Part shown: piece after piece, positions 39,893 through 58,470 of the stretch | Numbering within the stretch: position 1 is the stretch's first letter | Layout: every line of letters starts with the position of its first letter | Source: the human T2T-CHM13v2.0 reference genome, Homo sapiens | Reading direction: 5' to 3' (one strand) | Length of the DNA stretch: 64,000 bases | Assembly: GCF_009914755.1 (NCBI RefSeq) | Contig: NC_060930.1 | Notes under the pieces: generated by a model | The model's database searches: none | Seen by the model: the letters and a program-made list of their open reading frames with translations, nothing else | Told to the model about the DNA's origin: nothing | Made by a program: the position numbers and the translations under genes

Positions 39893-41649
39893 TAAGTGCA
39901 TTTTATATGTAGCATATTTATTTCCAGCTATAAATTTGTCTTGTTAATTATTTTAGCCCAGATGATATTAAAATGAATATACATTTCCTAACCATGTACC
40001 TCCTGGGTCTCTAATGCTTATCAGTGTTCAATGTCCCTACCTGGAGTTCACCAGCCACTCTATATACAGTTTTCCATCCCACTTATCTAACTTGATTTCT
40101 TATTGTTTTCAAACAAAAATCTATTCCACATGAACCACTCCCACACTAACCTGTGTGTCTTTGCTCACACAATTCTCCCTTGTTAAATGCTGAGTGACCT
40201 CCACATCTCTCTACCTATTAATATGTTGACCATCCTTCAAGGCCCTCCTCAGTCTCCACTTTTTTAGATCATTATAACTCAGAGAGATCTGACTTTTGAG
40301 CTCAGCGTGCCTGTGAAAAGTACACTAGATCAGTAGTCAGAGTGGTAAGCTCTAGTTTTGGTTTGGCTTCTCAATAGCTACGAAGCTATATGTAATCTCT
40401 CTGAGCCTCAATGACCTAAAAGAGGTAATTTTTGCCTGCCTGAATGACAGGGTTGTTGTAGGATTAGATGATGATATATAAAATAATATTAAAATGTGGT
40501 ATTAGAAAATTCAAAAATGCTAACAGAAAAAATGTATTATTATTGCTTTGTATCATTTTTATGTTTTATTTAATATTTAGTTGTTATTTAACTATTCAAG
40601 TGTGGTATTTCCCCATTTAGATTGAGGTATTTAGATTGGCTTTCAGCTTTTAAAAATTCCTAATAGAGCTTTGCAGTTACAGCTGTAGTCCCTGACTTTT
40701 AAAATTTTATGGAGTAATGGAGGAGAAGGATAGGCAAATAATTAATGAATGATACAGGAAGACTTCCTGGAAAAAGTGACTTTGAGACCCGGTAATGCCC
40801 CAGTAAAGGTGGCCACTCTCAGTTTTTCATTTTCTTTCCACAAAGAACAGAGGAAGAGTTCCTAGATCAAGTGAAGAGGAAGCTGGCTCAGACCAGCCCT
40901 GAGAAAGACCTGTTGACCACAAAGCCTTGTCACTGTAAGGATATCCTGAAGTTAGTGCTCTTACCCCTCACCCAGCATTGCTTGGTCGTTGGAGAAACCA
41001 CCTGTGCATTTTATTACCTGCTGGAGGCTGCGGCTGCCTGCTTGGACCTGTCAGATAATTATATGGTGAGCAGGCTCTGTAATCTGCCCTTCAGCTGAGC
41101 CTTTTACTTTGAGAATGTGATTGAGATCTCTTACAATCATAACCATGAGTGAAAAGTGGAAGAAAGTAGGAGAGAGAGAAGAGCTAGAAAGGATTTAGGA
41201 AAAAACATGCAGTGGGAATGTGGTAATGGAATAGCACCAACCTGTGCCAGCACTGCCCCTGACTCTTGCACAAGCAGTCCAGCTCCCGTTTCTAGCTTGA
41301 AATCCAAATCTGTTTCAAATTCTGATCTTGACCCTCATCATAACCTTACTCCAGCCTTTGCCCTAATCTCACCCCAGCATCATCCTAATCCTAATCTGGT
41401 TTCTTTATCCCTTGCCCTGTTTGGAGGCCTTCTTTTATTTGAGGAAGGCAAGCAGTCTTCTGGGCCAACCCTCAGCATTTTCATTTTTGAAAAAACAGAA
41501 GGTGAAGATCTGTCAGTTTGAGGAGGCCACTTTCTGCCGTCTTCTGTCAGAGGTGAGGGCAGGGAGTGACCTTGAAGTGCCGGCTATTTCTCCTTGAGGG
41601 TTACCCTATTATTTCTTTTAAAATCTTTTCATTGTTTTTTGTGTATGAT

Positions 41650-42350
41650 TATAAATGTGATAATGTGATAAAACGTTTATATACATTTAAAATATAGAAA
41701 TATGTAATAGGTAGAAAGTGAAAGAGCTCCCACTAATCCTACACCCACCACCATAATTAGTAATTGTGTGCATGTTCCACCAACTGTATACAAACAGCCA
41801 TATCATTGTTTTCCATTTTTTTATAGGCTCATATTCTACATTTTCTTGCTCCTGCAGCTTGCTTTTATTCTTAATAGTACAGACGGAACATATTTACATT
41901 TTGGTATGCATACTGATCCACCACATAGTTACAACTGCCAAGTATTCCATTGGCTAGATCATAGCTTAGCTCTTCCCTTCTTCAGGTGCATTTAGGTTAT
42001 CTCTAATTTGGGGATTATTATAAACATTGCTACAGTGAATATTCTTCTTAAGTATCTCTTTCTCCCCTTGTGAGAGTGTTTCTGTAAGAGAAATTTCCAA
42101 AGGTGGCAATGCTAAGACACAATTTTAAAATTCACAAATACACTACCAAATTGCCAGCCAAAAATATTATATCAATTCAAGTTTTTTCCATTTCCTCATA
42201 TCCTTACTAAGATCAGATACTACCAGTCTTTTCTAACCTTGCTAATTCCTAGATAAAGTTATATTGTTTTAATGTGTTTCTCTTAATTAATAAGATACAT
42301 CATTCTTCTAAGTTTATTGGTCATTTGTATTTTTTGTAAATTATCCATTC
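41650..42350 (-). mobile_element. Old L1M fragment
   Basis: agtattccattg..attataaacattgctacagtgaatattct..ccaaattgc resembles the L1 3' region; boundaries approximate. Confidence 0.5.
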
Positions 42351-44253
42351 TTATTCATTGAAGTAGATATAAACTAATTTGCTCATTGGAGTATATGTAA
42401 ACTAATTTTAATGTAAACCTTAAGATAATTAGGTTAGGAGAGTAAACTTAATGTACATAATGTCTTGAAGGCCAAAGGGAATATTAGAGTTGTCACATTG
42501 TTGCATTATTTATGCTTCAACCAAGAGGTCTTCAGAGCAAAGTTAAATAATTATTCTTTCCCTTTATAAGAGAAAGTTATTGTACAGTCCTCCCAAGATT
42601 GTTCTTTGTTCTAGAATCACGTAGACTTTATCACTTTCTTGAGGGATTCAGCCTTAGAATGTGAAGATACAGGATAACTTCAAGGTAGTTCCCCAGCTCC
42701 CACCCCACATCTACTATGATTCAACCTGTTTAGGAAGAGAGATAAAGGATTTGGTGATATTATAGATGCTTTCTATGTCATGTGAGAGCATCTGAGTCTC
42801 CACTCAAATGACGATCCCTTCTCAGTCTAGCAGCATCACATTTTAAATCACAGCCTTCCTCTACTGCCCACTGACAAATGTGTGGGAGATGAGAAGGGAG
42901 GATACTTTCTCCATAATCCTATTTTCTAAACCCTTTACTCACTTATGGCCATACTGGTGCTTGTTAGGGTGACTGCTAACCAGGCTATGCTCTAGCTCAG
43001 CTCACTCTAGCACCTCAGTAACCCCAACTACACATCTCAAAATGAAAGAGCCAGTGTGTTATATCCAAAACCTTATATTTACATTAATTCTTCTTTTCCC
43101 ATCTCCAGGTCTGTTTCAACATGGGACGTATCACTTTAGCCAAAAAATTGGCTAGGAAAGCCCTTCGACTGCTGAAAAGGAATTTCCCTTGGACCTGGTT
43201 TGGTGTCCTTTTCCAGACATTCCTGGAAAAGTATTGGCATTCCTGTACCCTGAGCCAACCTCCAAACGACCCTAGTGAGAAGTGAGAAGTCTTCCTAAAA
43301 CTGTAGTTAACTAGCCTGAGCTTTGCCTTTTTGACCTAAAACTACTCTTTTTCTATCAAGTAATCTTCAAGCATCTAACAGACAAGCAGATAACAAGACA
43401 TGTAACAGTCAGTATACATATATATATGCATGTAACAGATAAGTGTATAACATACAGTTCTAACTCTTCCACCTTACTCCCCCAGCCAGTTACATGTAGC
43501 AAATAGGGATTCAAAGAATGAATCTTTTTTTGAAACCTCTCTCTGAACTTTTCCCGATCAAGTGGGATTAATCAAAATGGCATATGAGGTTAGGAGTAGT
43601 GGGATCCAAGGACTATTTCTGAATTTGAACATCTGTAGATGGCCCCATGATGAGTAGATTGGAGCTCTTATAGGGAGGGAACGTTGGGCATTAGTAAAGA
43701 ATAAGGGTGTGCTAACCACCCTGTGCCTCACAACAGTAAGAAGAATTTGGCAGTCCTGCAGCAGCAGGTGCATTGCCTCTCCCTACTCTGGCAGCTCTAT
43801 AACCTGGAGGCCACAGCCAGTAGCTACAGGTTTGCCTGCCTGGCTACTCTTATGCAGAAGAATTCAGCTGATGAGTTTGCAAATGAAGCCCAGGTAAGCA
43901 AGTCCTTGCTTTACCTTTGGACCTCACTCAGAAACCAAGTTCCTGGTTTTAGCATGATTCTCCAATAACCCAGACAACACTGTTCAAGCGAGGTTTCTCA
44001 ATTTGCAGTTTATAGATGGGTTTCCAGGTATGAGATTATCTGCGAACTCCCTGAACTGAATGCAGAATTTTATGTGTATATTCAAAAGAACCTTTGGGGG
44101 TTGGCAGGAGGAAGAAAAGGGGTCATAGCTCTCATCAGATTCTCAAAGAAGCCTGTTATCTAAAAAAGATTTAAAACTGCTGACCTAGGAAAAAACAAAA
44201 GGAAATGTGTCTTCCTCATTTTAGTGTCTTATCTTTCTCTCTGTCTTATCCAC

Positions 44254-45470
44254 ATATTCAACAATGAACTATTTGGTGAACACCTATTATAAGCCAGGCA
44301 CTGATCTTGACTCCAGGGAAATATAATAAGTAAAATATAGAGTATGTTAGGTGATAATCAATGCAGTGGAGAAAAATAAAGTGGAGGCAAGGGGATATGG
44401 GGTTCTGTGAGGTGAGGGGTGGGGTATAGTTTTGAACAAGGTGGTCAGAGAAAGCTTTGCTGAGCAGGTGACATTGGAGTAAATATCTGAAAGAGGCAAG
44501 AAAGCCAGGCTGTCTGGGAGTAGAGTATCCAGGCAGAGGGCACAGTGAATGCCCAAGGCATACACTCTGTGTTTGAAGGACAGTGTGACTGGAGGGGAGG
44601 AAGAGGAGGAGAGTGAACCAAGAGATGAGGTCAGAAGGACCAGGAAGGGGTGGGATGGCAAACGGTGCAGACCTTAGGCCACTGTAGGAGTTTTGGCTTT
44701 TACTCTGAAAGAGATGGGAAGCCATTAATGGGTTCTGAGAAGAGGGGTGACAGTATCTACTTACATTTTAATAAGATCATTCTGTCTACTGTGTTGAAAG
44801 TAACCTGAAGGGGACAAGGGAGGAAGCAGGGAGACCAGTTAGGAGGCTAATGCAGTAATCTAAGCAAGAGATGGTGATGGCTTGGATTATTGTGGTAGGG
44901 AAAAAAAAGTTGGGGGTGGTCTTTTGTCAAAATAGAGCCAACAGGATTCACTTATGGATCAGTTCTGGGATGTGAGGGAAAGAAAAGAGTCAAGGATAAT
45001 CTGAAAAGTTGTGACCCGAACTTCTAGAGGGACAGAGATGCTCTTAATTGGGATAGGGAAGTCTGCAGGAGGAACAGATTTGGGGGAAGATTTGGGAGCT
45101 AGGCTTTAGACATGTTTTATTTGAGATGCCCATTAGACATCAAGGTGGAGACAAGTCTGGTGAATATGAGTCCAGGTGAATACTCAAGTCTGGGGTTCAT
45201 GGGAGAGGTCTGAGCTGGAAATAGACATATGGGAACCATCAGTGTGCAAATACTGTTTAAAGCCACAGGACTGGGTGAGAACACCAAGGGAATGAGTATA
45301 GAAAGGAGAAAAAGTCCAGGAACTTTGTTAACAGCTCCAGTGTTAAAAGGTCAGAGTGGTAAGGAGAAACCAGCAAAAGAAACAGAATAAGTTGCCAGGG
45401 AGATAGGAGGAAAACCAAGAGAGCATGGCATCCTGGAAAGTTAGGGAAGACAGTGTTCCAAGAAGAGAGC
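44254..45470 (-). mobile_element. L2 fragment
   Basis: attcaacaa..cacctatt..ccaggcactg 3' end; ggtggtcagagaaagct and tttgagatgcccattagacatc. Confidence 0.65.
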
Positions 45471-48261
45471 ACTATTTCAAGTGTGCACATAGTTATATAG
45501 AGCACTAACTATTTCAAATGTGCACATAGTTATATAGAGAGATCTAGGCAGCAGCCCTGAAGAGCTCTATGGAGCAAATATCAGAGGTCTTAAATTAGAA
45601 AACAAAGAAGAGGGAGTTTAATCAGTGTTTTGAAAGGGAAAGTCATGGATTGGAGAGGAAAAGCAGGAGCATGTAGAGAAAGTGGTTTGTTTAAAGAACA
45701 TGCAGTGAGAATGATCCAATTAGAAGTGTAGGGGTGAGAAGGAGCATGTTTTTCTAGCTGGGTTGGAGGCAAGTGGTGGGATACCAGGAGTTTAGACTGG
45801 GTGAGCAGCAGGGCACCATAATAGGCTCTTACATAGGAAAGGATCAAAATGGAAATGTCACATGAATATACAATGGGAATATTTTGCCCTGTGTTTGTTT
45901 CCCTGCAGGTTGTCTCTACCTATGTGGAGCTCTCTCAGTTCTCCCAGAGTGTGGGCATCAAGGACAAGTGGCTGCACTGTGAGCAGATGGCCATTCAGAA
46001 AAGCAGTTTATGTTGGTTCTCCAGGGAGGGGTTGTTGGCCACAGCTCAGCTCATGCAGGCCCTGGCCTACACCAAGCTCTGCCTTGGTCATCTTGACTTC
46101 TCCATCAAGCTGGGTAATGGGACTTAGGGATGGTGGGTCTAGGGCTTTTAGAGAGTACATGTTCACAGCTAGACCTCACATGGTGCTCTTAAACCTCCTC
46201 AGGTTTTCAAGCTCGTGAGATATGCAGACACCTCCAGAAACCAGCTCTGGAGAATCTGATTCTCTCAGTTCTCTTCAGATCTGCATTTCTGAAGAAGTAT
46301 TAAGATCATTTTCTGTCATTTGTATTTGTTTCCTAAGAGGGGTGTGTATATTTTCCCAGAGAAGTTTGGAGTGGAGAGGGAGATGCTGTTCCATTTCCAC
46401 ACCCTGGGATATCCTTCCCTTGGCCACTCCAGACACATTATCTTAAGTGTGGAAGAGTCAGGAGTGGAAATGCAGAGTCAGAGCTACTATATATTCCTCA
46501 GTACTTGGGTCTCATGGACAAAGTTTCTTCAAAAAAAAATCTGCAGGGAGATAGAGAATTGCAGCAGCTGAAGACTCTGGAAACTGCCTCAGAGGCAATC
46601 TCCCACCTCCTTTGCCTAGAGATGGGTCTGATCCCAGGCTTAGATATTCTCTTTATAAATAGAGCTATGAAGAGATTTAAAGGATGTTAGGCTGCTTTGA
46701 AGGTGTAAGACCCCTTCCTTTCCTACCCATCCTCCTCACTCCCTAGCTGGTCCCAGTGGCTCTCTCTCTCGGCAGATTTGGTCTGTGTGTCCATGTACTG
46801 GAGAGTCAGTGGGCGCTCATTTCTCAGAGTTATGATGTCCTTGGCCTGGCCTGCTTTTACTCTGCTTGCTTAGATCTGCTGCTCTATGGAAAAGGTAAAT
46901 CTTGCGCAGGTCTCTGCTGTACTCCTGAGGGATTCAGACCTCAGATGGGGCTCTAGGTTTGGAATACAGGCAGTCATGAACCTGTCCCTCAGGCATGGCC
47001 TCTGCCCCTGACCTCTGGCTCCTTAAAGTCTGGGAACCATGTTGTGATTCAGGGGTGTCTGCCTTTGGGGTCTTTTTTCCTTCCCTGTATCACATACCTT
47101 CTATACCCTGGTTCCTACACTGATATTATATACTAGCGTGGTTACCTTCTCTGTCCACAGGATTGCTGTGTCGGCCCTTTAGTGAGTGTCTGCGTTTCGT
47201 TCAAGTCTACGAGCACAGCCGTGTTCTAACCTCTCAGAGCAATGTCATGCTGGGGGTCCACTCCTCCCTGGCCATGTGGTAATGTCTTACTCAAGGGCTG
47301 TGGAAAAGGATAGACATTTATGTCATTTAAGCTGTCTCTCCCCACCAGACAGGACTTTTGAACCTCTCTAACCAACTTTTAAAGACCATTCACCTCCCAT
47401 ACCCTCCCATCTTATTAGAAGGGCTCTTGTCCTTTAACAGGTTTTGGCCTATAGGTCAAGGGTTACGTTTAGGGTTACATTTAACTGCTAGAGTAACCCA
47501 TAGCAAGGCTGAATATAATTGGTCTCCTTTTAAGTTTCCTTGTATGTGAGTTAGTAGCCTTGGTCACTTTCTAGCATCACAATTCTGATTGTCCATGAGG
47601 TCTTAGAGCCTTAAAGAAGTGATGATTTTAAGCAAAAGTCATGGTGGGTAAGCAGCGGATATTGCTGCAAGCTGTTACTCTTTTCCTCCAGGTTTGCCCA
47701 GGAATCACAGTGGGACCTGTTTAAGCACTATTTCTCCAACGCTTGCAGTTGGTGAAAAGAACCAATGCCTCGCTATTTGGTGCACATGGCTTTGTCCGAT
47801 TCCTAGAATGCCATGTGTTAATGTTACAGAAAATGCCAGAGGGTATCTTCATGCATATTCCTCTAGAGCTTCACAGCCAAACCCTTGAGGTACCTGTTTC
47901 TCAGCTGTCCTTTGACTAACACCTGATTCACTTAGTTCTACCCTATGGTGCTCTTTCTACCACCTGCATCTCTTCCTTTTTTCCCTTTTACTGGCTCTGT
48001 TTCCCTTTACTCTTTGAATCCTTTGTTTCTCCACCTAGAAAGTTTCTACCTACCTTATGTATCCTTCCCGATATTATTGCATCTAGTTCTGGACTGGGTT
48101 TCTTAACTTTCCACCTTTGCCAGCTGCTACCCAGTATCATTAAAATATTAACATTTAGCCTTGCTCAATGGACCTGTAGTCTATGGTTCAGTCTATAATT
48201 TGATACAGCTCCCTCCAGCCCTTCTGAGTCTAAAACACATTCCAATTCCTCTGTTTTCCAG

Positions 48262-49390
48262 GCTTATTTTGCCATCAGTAACTCCTTCCTGTTCCCCCAG
48301 CCATGAGTGAATATGCTGAATGAGGACCTTTGTAAGTTCTGATGAAGTAGCATGTTAGGAGAATGAAGCACTAATCCCAGAGCTAATGGACCTTCCTTTC
48401 CTTTCAGTACTGTAAGGAGTTCTTCTCTCAATGTGTGACCTGCCCTGTCTATCACCAGTGGGTATCTGAGCTTAAGGCCTCTGTAATGAGATGTGAAAAG
48501 AGAGAATTGATGTCCCTGACTAACAGCATCAGACCTTTTGACACCTGCTTGACCAGGATTTGGATAAAAGGAGAATTTCTGCAGGAAAATAACTCTTAGA
48601 AAAGAAACTTAGGAATACAGAGTAAGCATTTCTTCCTGGAAGCCTTGTGTGAGAGACATAAAGACAGTCTCAGATTCTTACTCACAAGCAGTCAAAGGCT
48701 GCACCTCTGAAATAAAAAGGGACACACAGATGTAAGGAGTTAGTCCTTGCTCCAGAGGTAAGTATAATCCTCTTCCTAGTGCTAGGCCCTGCCTGGACAG
48801 ATAGGAATCCCTTCTATTGTTAAACAGCAATTTCTTCAGCTTCTCTCAGCTCTTTGTTTCAGTATTGGTAACTCTTTGGCATAGAAAGTTCTTCCTTGCT
48901 TTTAGCCAAAGCAGTTGGGTTGTTTCCTTGAAGTAACTGGATGGTCACTAAGGAGAGAAAAAGGTCTTAGAAGTCACAATGTAATGTCTATGAAGGTGAA
49001 TGATAAGATTAGGCAAGAAAAGGAGAGGAAAGAATATAGTTCCTTTCCTCAGAGGCCTGCAAATCTTCTTTCCCATGGCTGCTATTTAACTTTGTAATTG
49101 CTGAGGACATTCTTTGTATTTGTGACATTCTTTGTGTTCCTTCTTTCAGGATTTGACAGAGTGGCTGATGTCAAGGAGAACAAGGATGCAGAAGAAACTC
49201 AAGATGTATGTATTAAAACAAAAGAACAATAACCTGAAGGGACCATGATTCTGTTATTGTATATAACACAAGGAAATGCCCCAGATTCTCCTTTAAAAGA
49301 TATAATGTACATATTAAGTATACTAGCCTTTATAGTTACTGCTATCTACATGTTTATCAAAATAAAAGACTATTTTTTTCTAAAACATGC
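48262..49390 (+). pseudogene. ADCY10P1: ADCY10P1 degraded terminal exons (acceptors at 48261 and 49149) and poly(A) signal at 49361-49366
   Basis: ttttccag|GCTTAT (AYFAI resembles sAC AYVCI, followed by stops); ttctttcag|GATTTG; AATAAA at 49361. Confidence 0.5.
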
Positions 49391-51029
49391 CACTTAGATT
49401 TTTTTTCACTCTTAAAAGTCATTAGCACAACTTTACCAGAAGTTACAACCAGGAGTAGACGGGAGGCCTGGAAGGCTTTAAGATGAACTGATTCCATCTT
49501 TTATAAGGTGAGATCCATTAGCAGATGAAAAACTATGACCCTAATAAAGAAATTGCCATTACTTAAGGAAGGCTGGTAGTGCAGTGCCTTGGTGTTGCCC
49601 TCTTTTGGCACAGATATGGTAATGGGCTCCTAAGAAGTCAAGGAGTCTTTTGAGAGGTACAAAGGGCTGTGGGAATCCATTTCTCCTTTGTGCTATGTGA
49701 TTTGGGCATTCCCAGGTAAAATTGTGAAGTTGCCAGAGTATGTATTAACTTTAGCTTTCTTCCTTTTTCTTCTCTTTGGAGTTGCCATCTTTGGCCTTTA
49801 TCTGTTTGATGGTGTTTCTTCTGCTGAGTATGATCTTCCCATTGATTTCTTACACTTTATAACTCAATCATCTAGTGTCCATAGAGTGAATTTGCTAATG
49901 TTATGATAGCTGCAATTTGTTATTTACTTACTTGTGCTTGAAATACATTGTTTAAATCCTTTATCAACTCTGTGAGGTAAGTACTATTATTATCCCATAT
50001 TACAGATGAAGAAATGGAAGGCTAGAAAGAGTTTACCCCAACAAACACAGCCACAAAATGGTAGATCTGAGCTTCTAAGTCAGATTTGATTCCAGAGATT
50101 ATGTTAGGCTATGCAGGCTTTCATGGGAACTAGGCTTTCCTGTACCCAGTCTTCACTATTCTCTTCAAATGGCCAAGATCAGAACTTTAAGGACAGGAAG
50201 GGAGAAGTTTATGAAAGGGAGGCCTGTACTTACCCTTTAAATCATGCAATCTAATCTATACATTTCCTCCTTCCACTTTTCTCCCTCTTGCTACCTTTCT
50301 TTTTCCTGTCCCTCTATTCCCTTCATCTTCCCCCTTGCATTCCTCCCATCTTACCCCTTCCTTCCTTTCTTTCTTCTTCTAACCCACTTTCTGTCCTCCT
50401 TCCTCATTCCTTTAAATTTCTGGGAGGTAATATAGAGTAGCAGTCCAGACAAGGACTCTGGAACCAGATAGACTGGGTTGAAATTCTAACTCTGCTGCTT
50501 ATTAGCTGCATTCATTTGGGCATATAATTTATCTTCTATATGCCTCAGTTTCCTTTTCTGAAAGGAAGTTTTCCTTTTCCTTTCTAGAAAGTTTCCTTTT
50601 CCTTTCTAGATGGAGTTAAAATATCCTCTTGTCCTAAAAATAGGACAAAAGACTGTCAATGTGAAGATTAAATGACTATAAAGCACCTGGCATATAGTAA
50701 GCACTCAGTGACTAGTAGCTATTATTATTGGTTCAGCTTTTATATTTAAAAGTAGATGTTACATTTATGTGGTACAAAATTCAAGAGAAACAAGTGTGTA
50801 ACAGTGAAAAACTCTTTCCCATCTCTGTCTTCCAGACACCAGTTGCCCTCCCCAGAGATAATCAGTGTTACCACTTCCTTGTGTACCCTAGCAAAATTAT
50901 ACTATGCACATGTAAGCAATAGTATATAGTTACTGCATCCTTCTTTCCCACAAATGGTGGTGATAGGTAATAACACCCTGCACTACTTCATCCTTTTTTT
51001 TTTTTTTTTTTTGGCATTCCCTTTTGGCA

Positions 51030-55720
<4,691 letters not shown>

Positions 55721-56803
55721 TGTGAGTTCTTTTATGGCTTCTGAGTTTGGTTCATTCTTTAAAGGGCTCTTTTCTCTCTAAAATTATTTTAACTATTCCT
55801 CAACAGTCTTTCAACTATTTTTTAGGCCAACTTTATCAAAATAGTATTTACATATAGGGAAATGCACCCGTTTTAGTGATAGGTTTTTGACAAATATAGA
55901 TACCTATGTAATCACTAGCACAATCATGATAGAGAACATTTCAACCAAAAAAGTTATTTCAGGTCCCTTTGTCATCATTCCCATTCCATCAGTACTCCCA
56001 GCTTTGGCACAAAATACTCTCATTATTTTTTTCATTGTCTTTGTGTTATTTCTCCTTTGTCATTTTTTATTTCACTCTTCTTAAGTTGCCTAACAGTGTC
56101 TCTTTAATTTCATTTTATTTTAAAGAATCCGTTCTTTTATGTATTATATTGTCTTTCTCTTTTAAAATTAACTGAGTAAGATGCTTAAGTGTTAAGAGTG
56201 TGAATTTTCCTCTGAGCACTTCTTTAACTGAATTCCAAAGGTTCTGATATAAGGAGGTCATCTCACCATGTTGCCTGCATTTGCTTTGCTTTATATTGCA
56301 TGTGTTTCTTACTCTAAAATTTTGAATGGCAGTATTTTCATCTTAGAAGTTACTTTTACAACTATGACTTTGGTTGGTATTCGTAGACTTCCTATCATGA
56401 TCAATGATGGGATTTTTGTATTTCCTCTTCCTCACCACTCAATTGATTGTTATCTTTCTTAGTATTTTCCTTTGTACTCAAAAGTAAAAATACACTTTTT
56501 ACTTCTGTCATGTTCTAAAAAGCTCTAAATATATTTAGACCATGGTGAGTTTTTCCAGAGGGTTCTTTTTAGTCTTTATTCTGCCCTTTTTTCTGCCACC
56601 TCTCCACTCCCCAGCAGGCAGTCCCTAGTCATTAGTTGATTGGTGGGCAAATTGGAGCCCAGGGCACACCGCTTGTCCTTCTTCCTGAGGTGCTTAGGCT
56701 AAGCTTAGGGCCCCTCCAGATGGTGAAAACCTCTTTATGCCTAGCTATTTGTGATTGTAACAAGACTGGGTTACTGAGCATTTCATCCCAATATGGGCAA
56801 ATA

Positions 56804-57169
56804 CATACATCCCTCAGTATCTGTGGAGTATTAGTTCTAGAACCCCCTGTAGATAACAAAATCCATGGATGCTCAAGTCCCTTTTATAAAATGGTGTAGT
56901 ATTTGCATATAACCACACATCTCCTCATACACTTTAAATCATCTCTAGATTACTTAAAATACCTAATACAATATAAATGTTATATAGTTGTTATACTGTA
57001 TTGTATAGGGAATAATGACAAGGAAAAACTCTGTACATGTTAAGTACAGACATAACCATTTTTTTCTAATATTTAAAGAAATATCTAATGTTTCTTTTTT
57101 TCTAATATTTTTGATCCACGCTTGCTTAAATCTGTGGATACAGAACCCATGGGTATGGAGGAATGACTA
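56804..57169. mobile_element. MER2-like (Tigger/TcMar) DNA transposon
   Basis: tccctcagtatctgtgg..aaaatccatggatgctcaagtcc..; degenerate terminal inverted repeats with TA flanks. Confidence 0.75.
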
Positions 57170-57913
57170 TATTTTCAAATTGAACAGTTTCAGAAGAAAT
57201 TCTGGCAAGTCCTTAAAGGCTCTTTCAGCCCTAGCCTGGACTAGCTTTCATTTATACTTGACCATGGCCATTCCCTTACCATTCCCTTTTCCCTCCCCTC
57301 AGTTCATTTCTCCATGGGGCCCTTCCCGGGCTCCAGAGTTTAGACCAAAGGAAACAGTGCTACCAGATGACCACCTAGTTAAGAGACAGCCAGCTCTGAT
57401 AAGACTGATGTCTGTAAAGGTCTTCTGGTGCTTGAAAATCCTTTGTCCTGCCAGGGAACAGACTTGGTGTCTATTTCCATTTCTGTCCTTATTCCTATTT
57501 CTTTCCAGTGCCATTTCTAACACACCATTTGTCCTGGGTCTCTTTTAACTTATCATTAATCTAACACCACCCCCGCCCTATCATATGCTTTCGCATCATG
57601 TCACATATTCACAAGGTGCAGAGCAGAAAGGAGAAGAGCTTCCTTGACTCAAGCAAATGAATCTATACTTGGAGGCATCATGAGATAAGCAAAAAATACT
57701 TCTGAAGAAGACTTTTCAGCGTCCCTTGAATCAAACTGCATTGTAGTGTTCTGACCAGGGAAGGAAGCCATTTCCCCACTGACGAGAGACAGGAGATCAT
57801 ACAGCACAAAATTTAGACCAGAGTCTTTTCCATTCACAGGCCAAGCAATTAGTCAAACTTGGGCAGTTTCCTTTCCCATTCAGCCATTAAGAGTTTGCAC
57901 ATCATTATTAGGG

Positions 57914-57919
57914 TTTATT
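57914..57919 (-). terminator. TREML1 poly(A) signal
   Basis: tttatt on + is AATAAA on -, about 240 nt after the stop codon. Confidence 0.75.
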
Positions 57920-58155
57920 TAGCCCAGTGTGTAATGGTAGAAGAACCAGTGGGGGAGTTGGGTGCAGGGAGGTCTTCCCCAAGACATCTCAGTCATGTCT
58001 GAGCGTCACTTTCCCTAGTAAAGTTAGGACATTGGATTAGATCTTAAAGTCCCTGGTTGCTCAGATATCCTAAGGATCCTAGGGCATGAGCTGGCTGGAT
58101 GGATGCACAGAACCCCTAGGGATGGTCCTCATGAGTTTAAAGTGTGATGAGCAGC

Positions 58156-58470
58156 TTAGCTGGATGGAGTCTGATTGTTAGGTGGATTCTGGGCTGGCCC
58201 ACACGAGGTCCCTCCACCCTTGTTCCCTCCCGGGAAGATTACTGTGGCATATGTCACAGGCTTGGAGCAGACCAGGACCTTAGGAGGTAGAGGGGGCAAT
58301 GAGGATGGAGCTGGGAGTGAAGGTTTTCCTGATGGGGAATCAAGAGGTAGGCTGGTGTAGGTGGTATTGTCAAATGAAGGTGGTGAGTCAAGCCTAATGT
58401 GTGGTACATCCAAAGGCAATTCAGCAGCCGGTCCAGAGTCACTGACGTGGTGGACCACTGAGGAGGGATT
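58156..58470 (-). CDS. TREML1: TREML1 exon 6 (cytoplasmic tail: TTYTSL at 58348-58365, ITIM VTYATV at 58240-58257, Pro-rich segment)
   Basis: NPSSVVHH...NNQTPSS*; matches the ORF track entry 58156..58545. Confidence 0.96.
   Translation of the reverse strand, partial: NPSSVVHHVSDSGPAAELPLDVPHIRLDSPPSFDNTTYTSLPLDSPSGKPSLPAPSSLPPLPPKVLVCSKPVTYATVIFPGGNKGGGTSCGPAQNPPNNQTPSS

Noticed and set aside
45466-45539. 33-37 bp tandem duplication; similar micro-duplications near 434-459, 12684-12720, 42354-42408 and 50566-50610
   Set aside because: Two-copy slippage duplications without spacers; not CRISPR-like, with no evidence of function
57015-57548. 177-aa ORF on + downstream of TREML1
   Set aside because: Starts inside the MER2-like element, has low-information composition and shows no homology I can recognise
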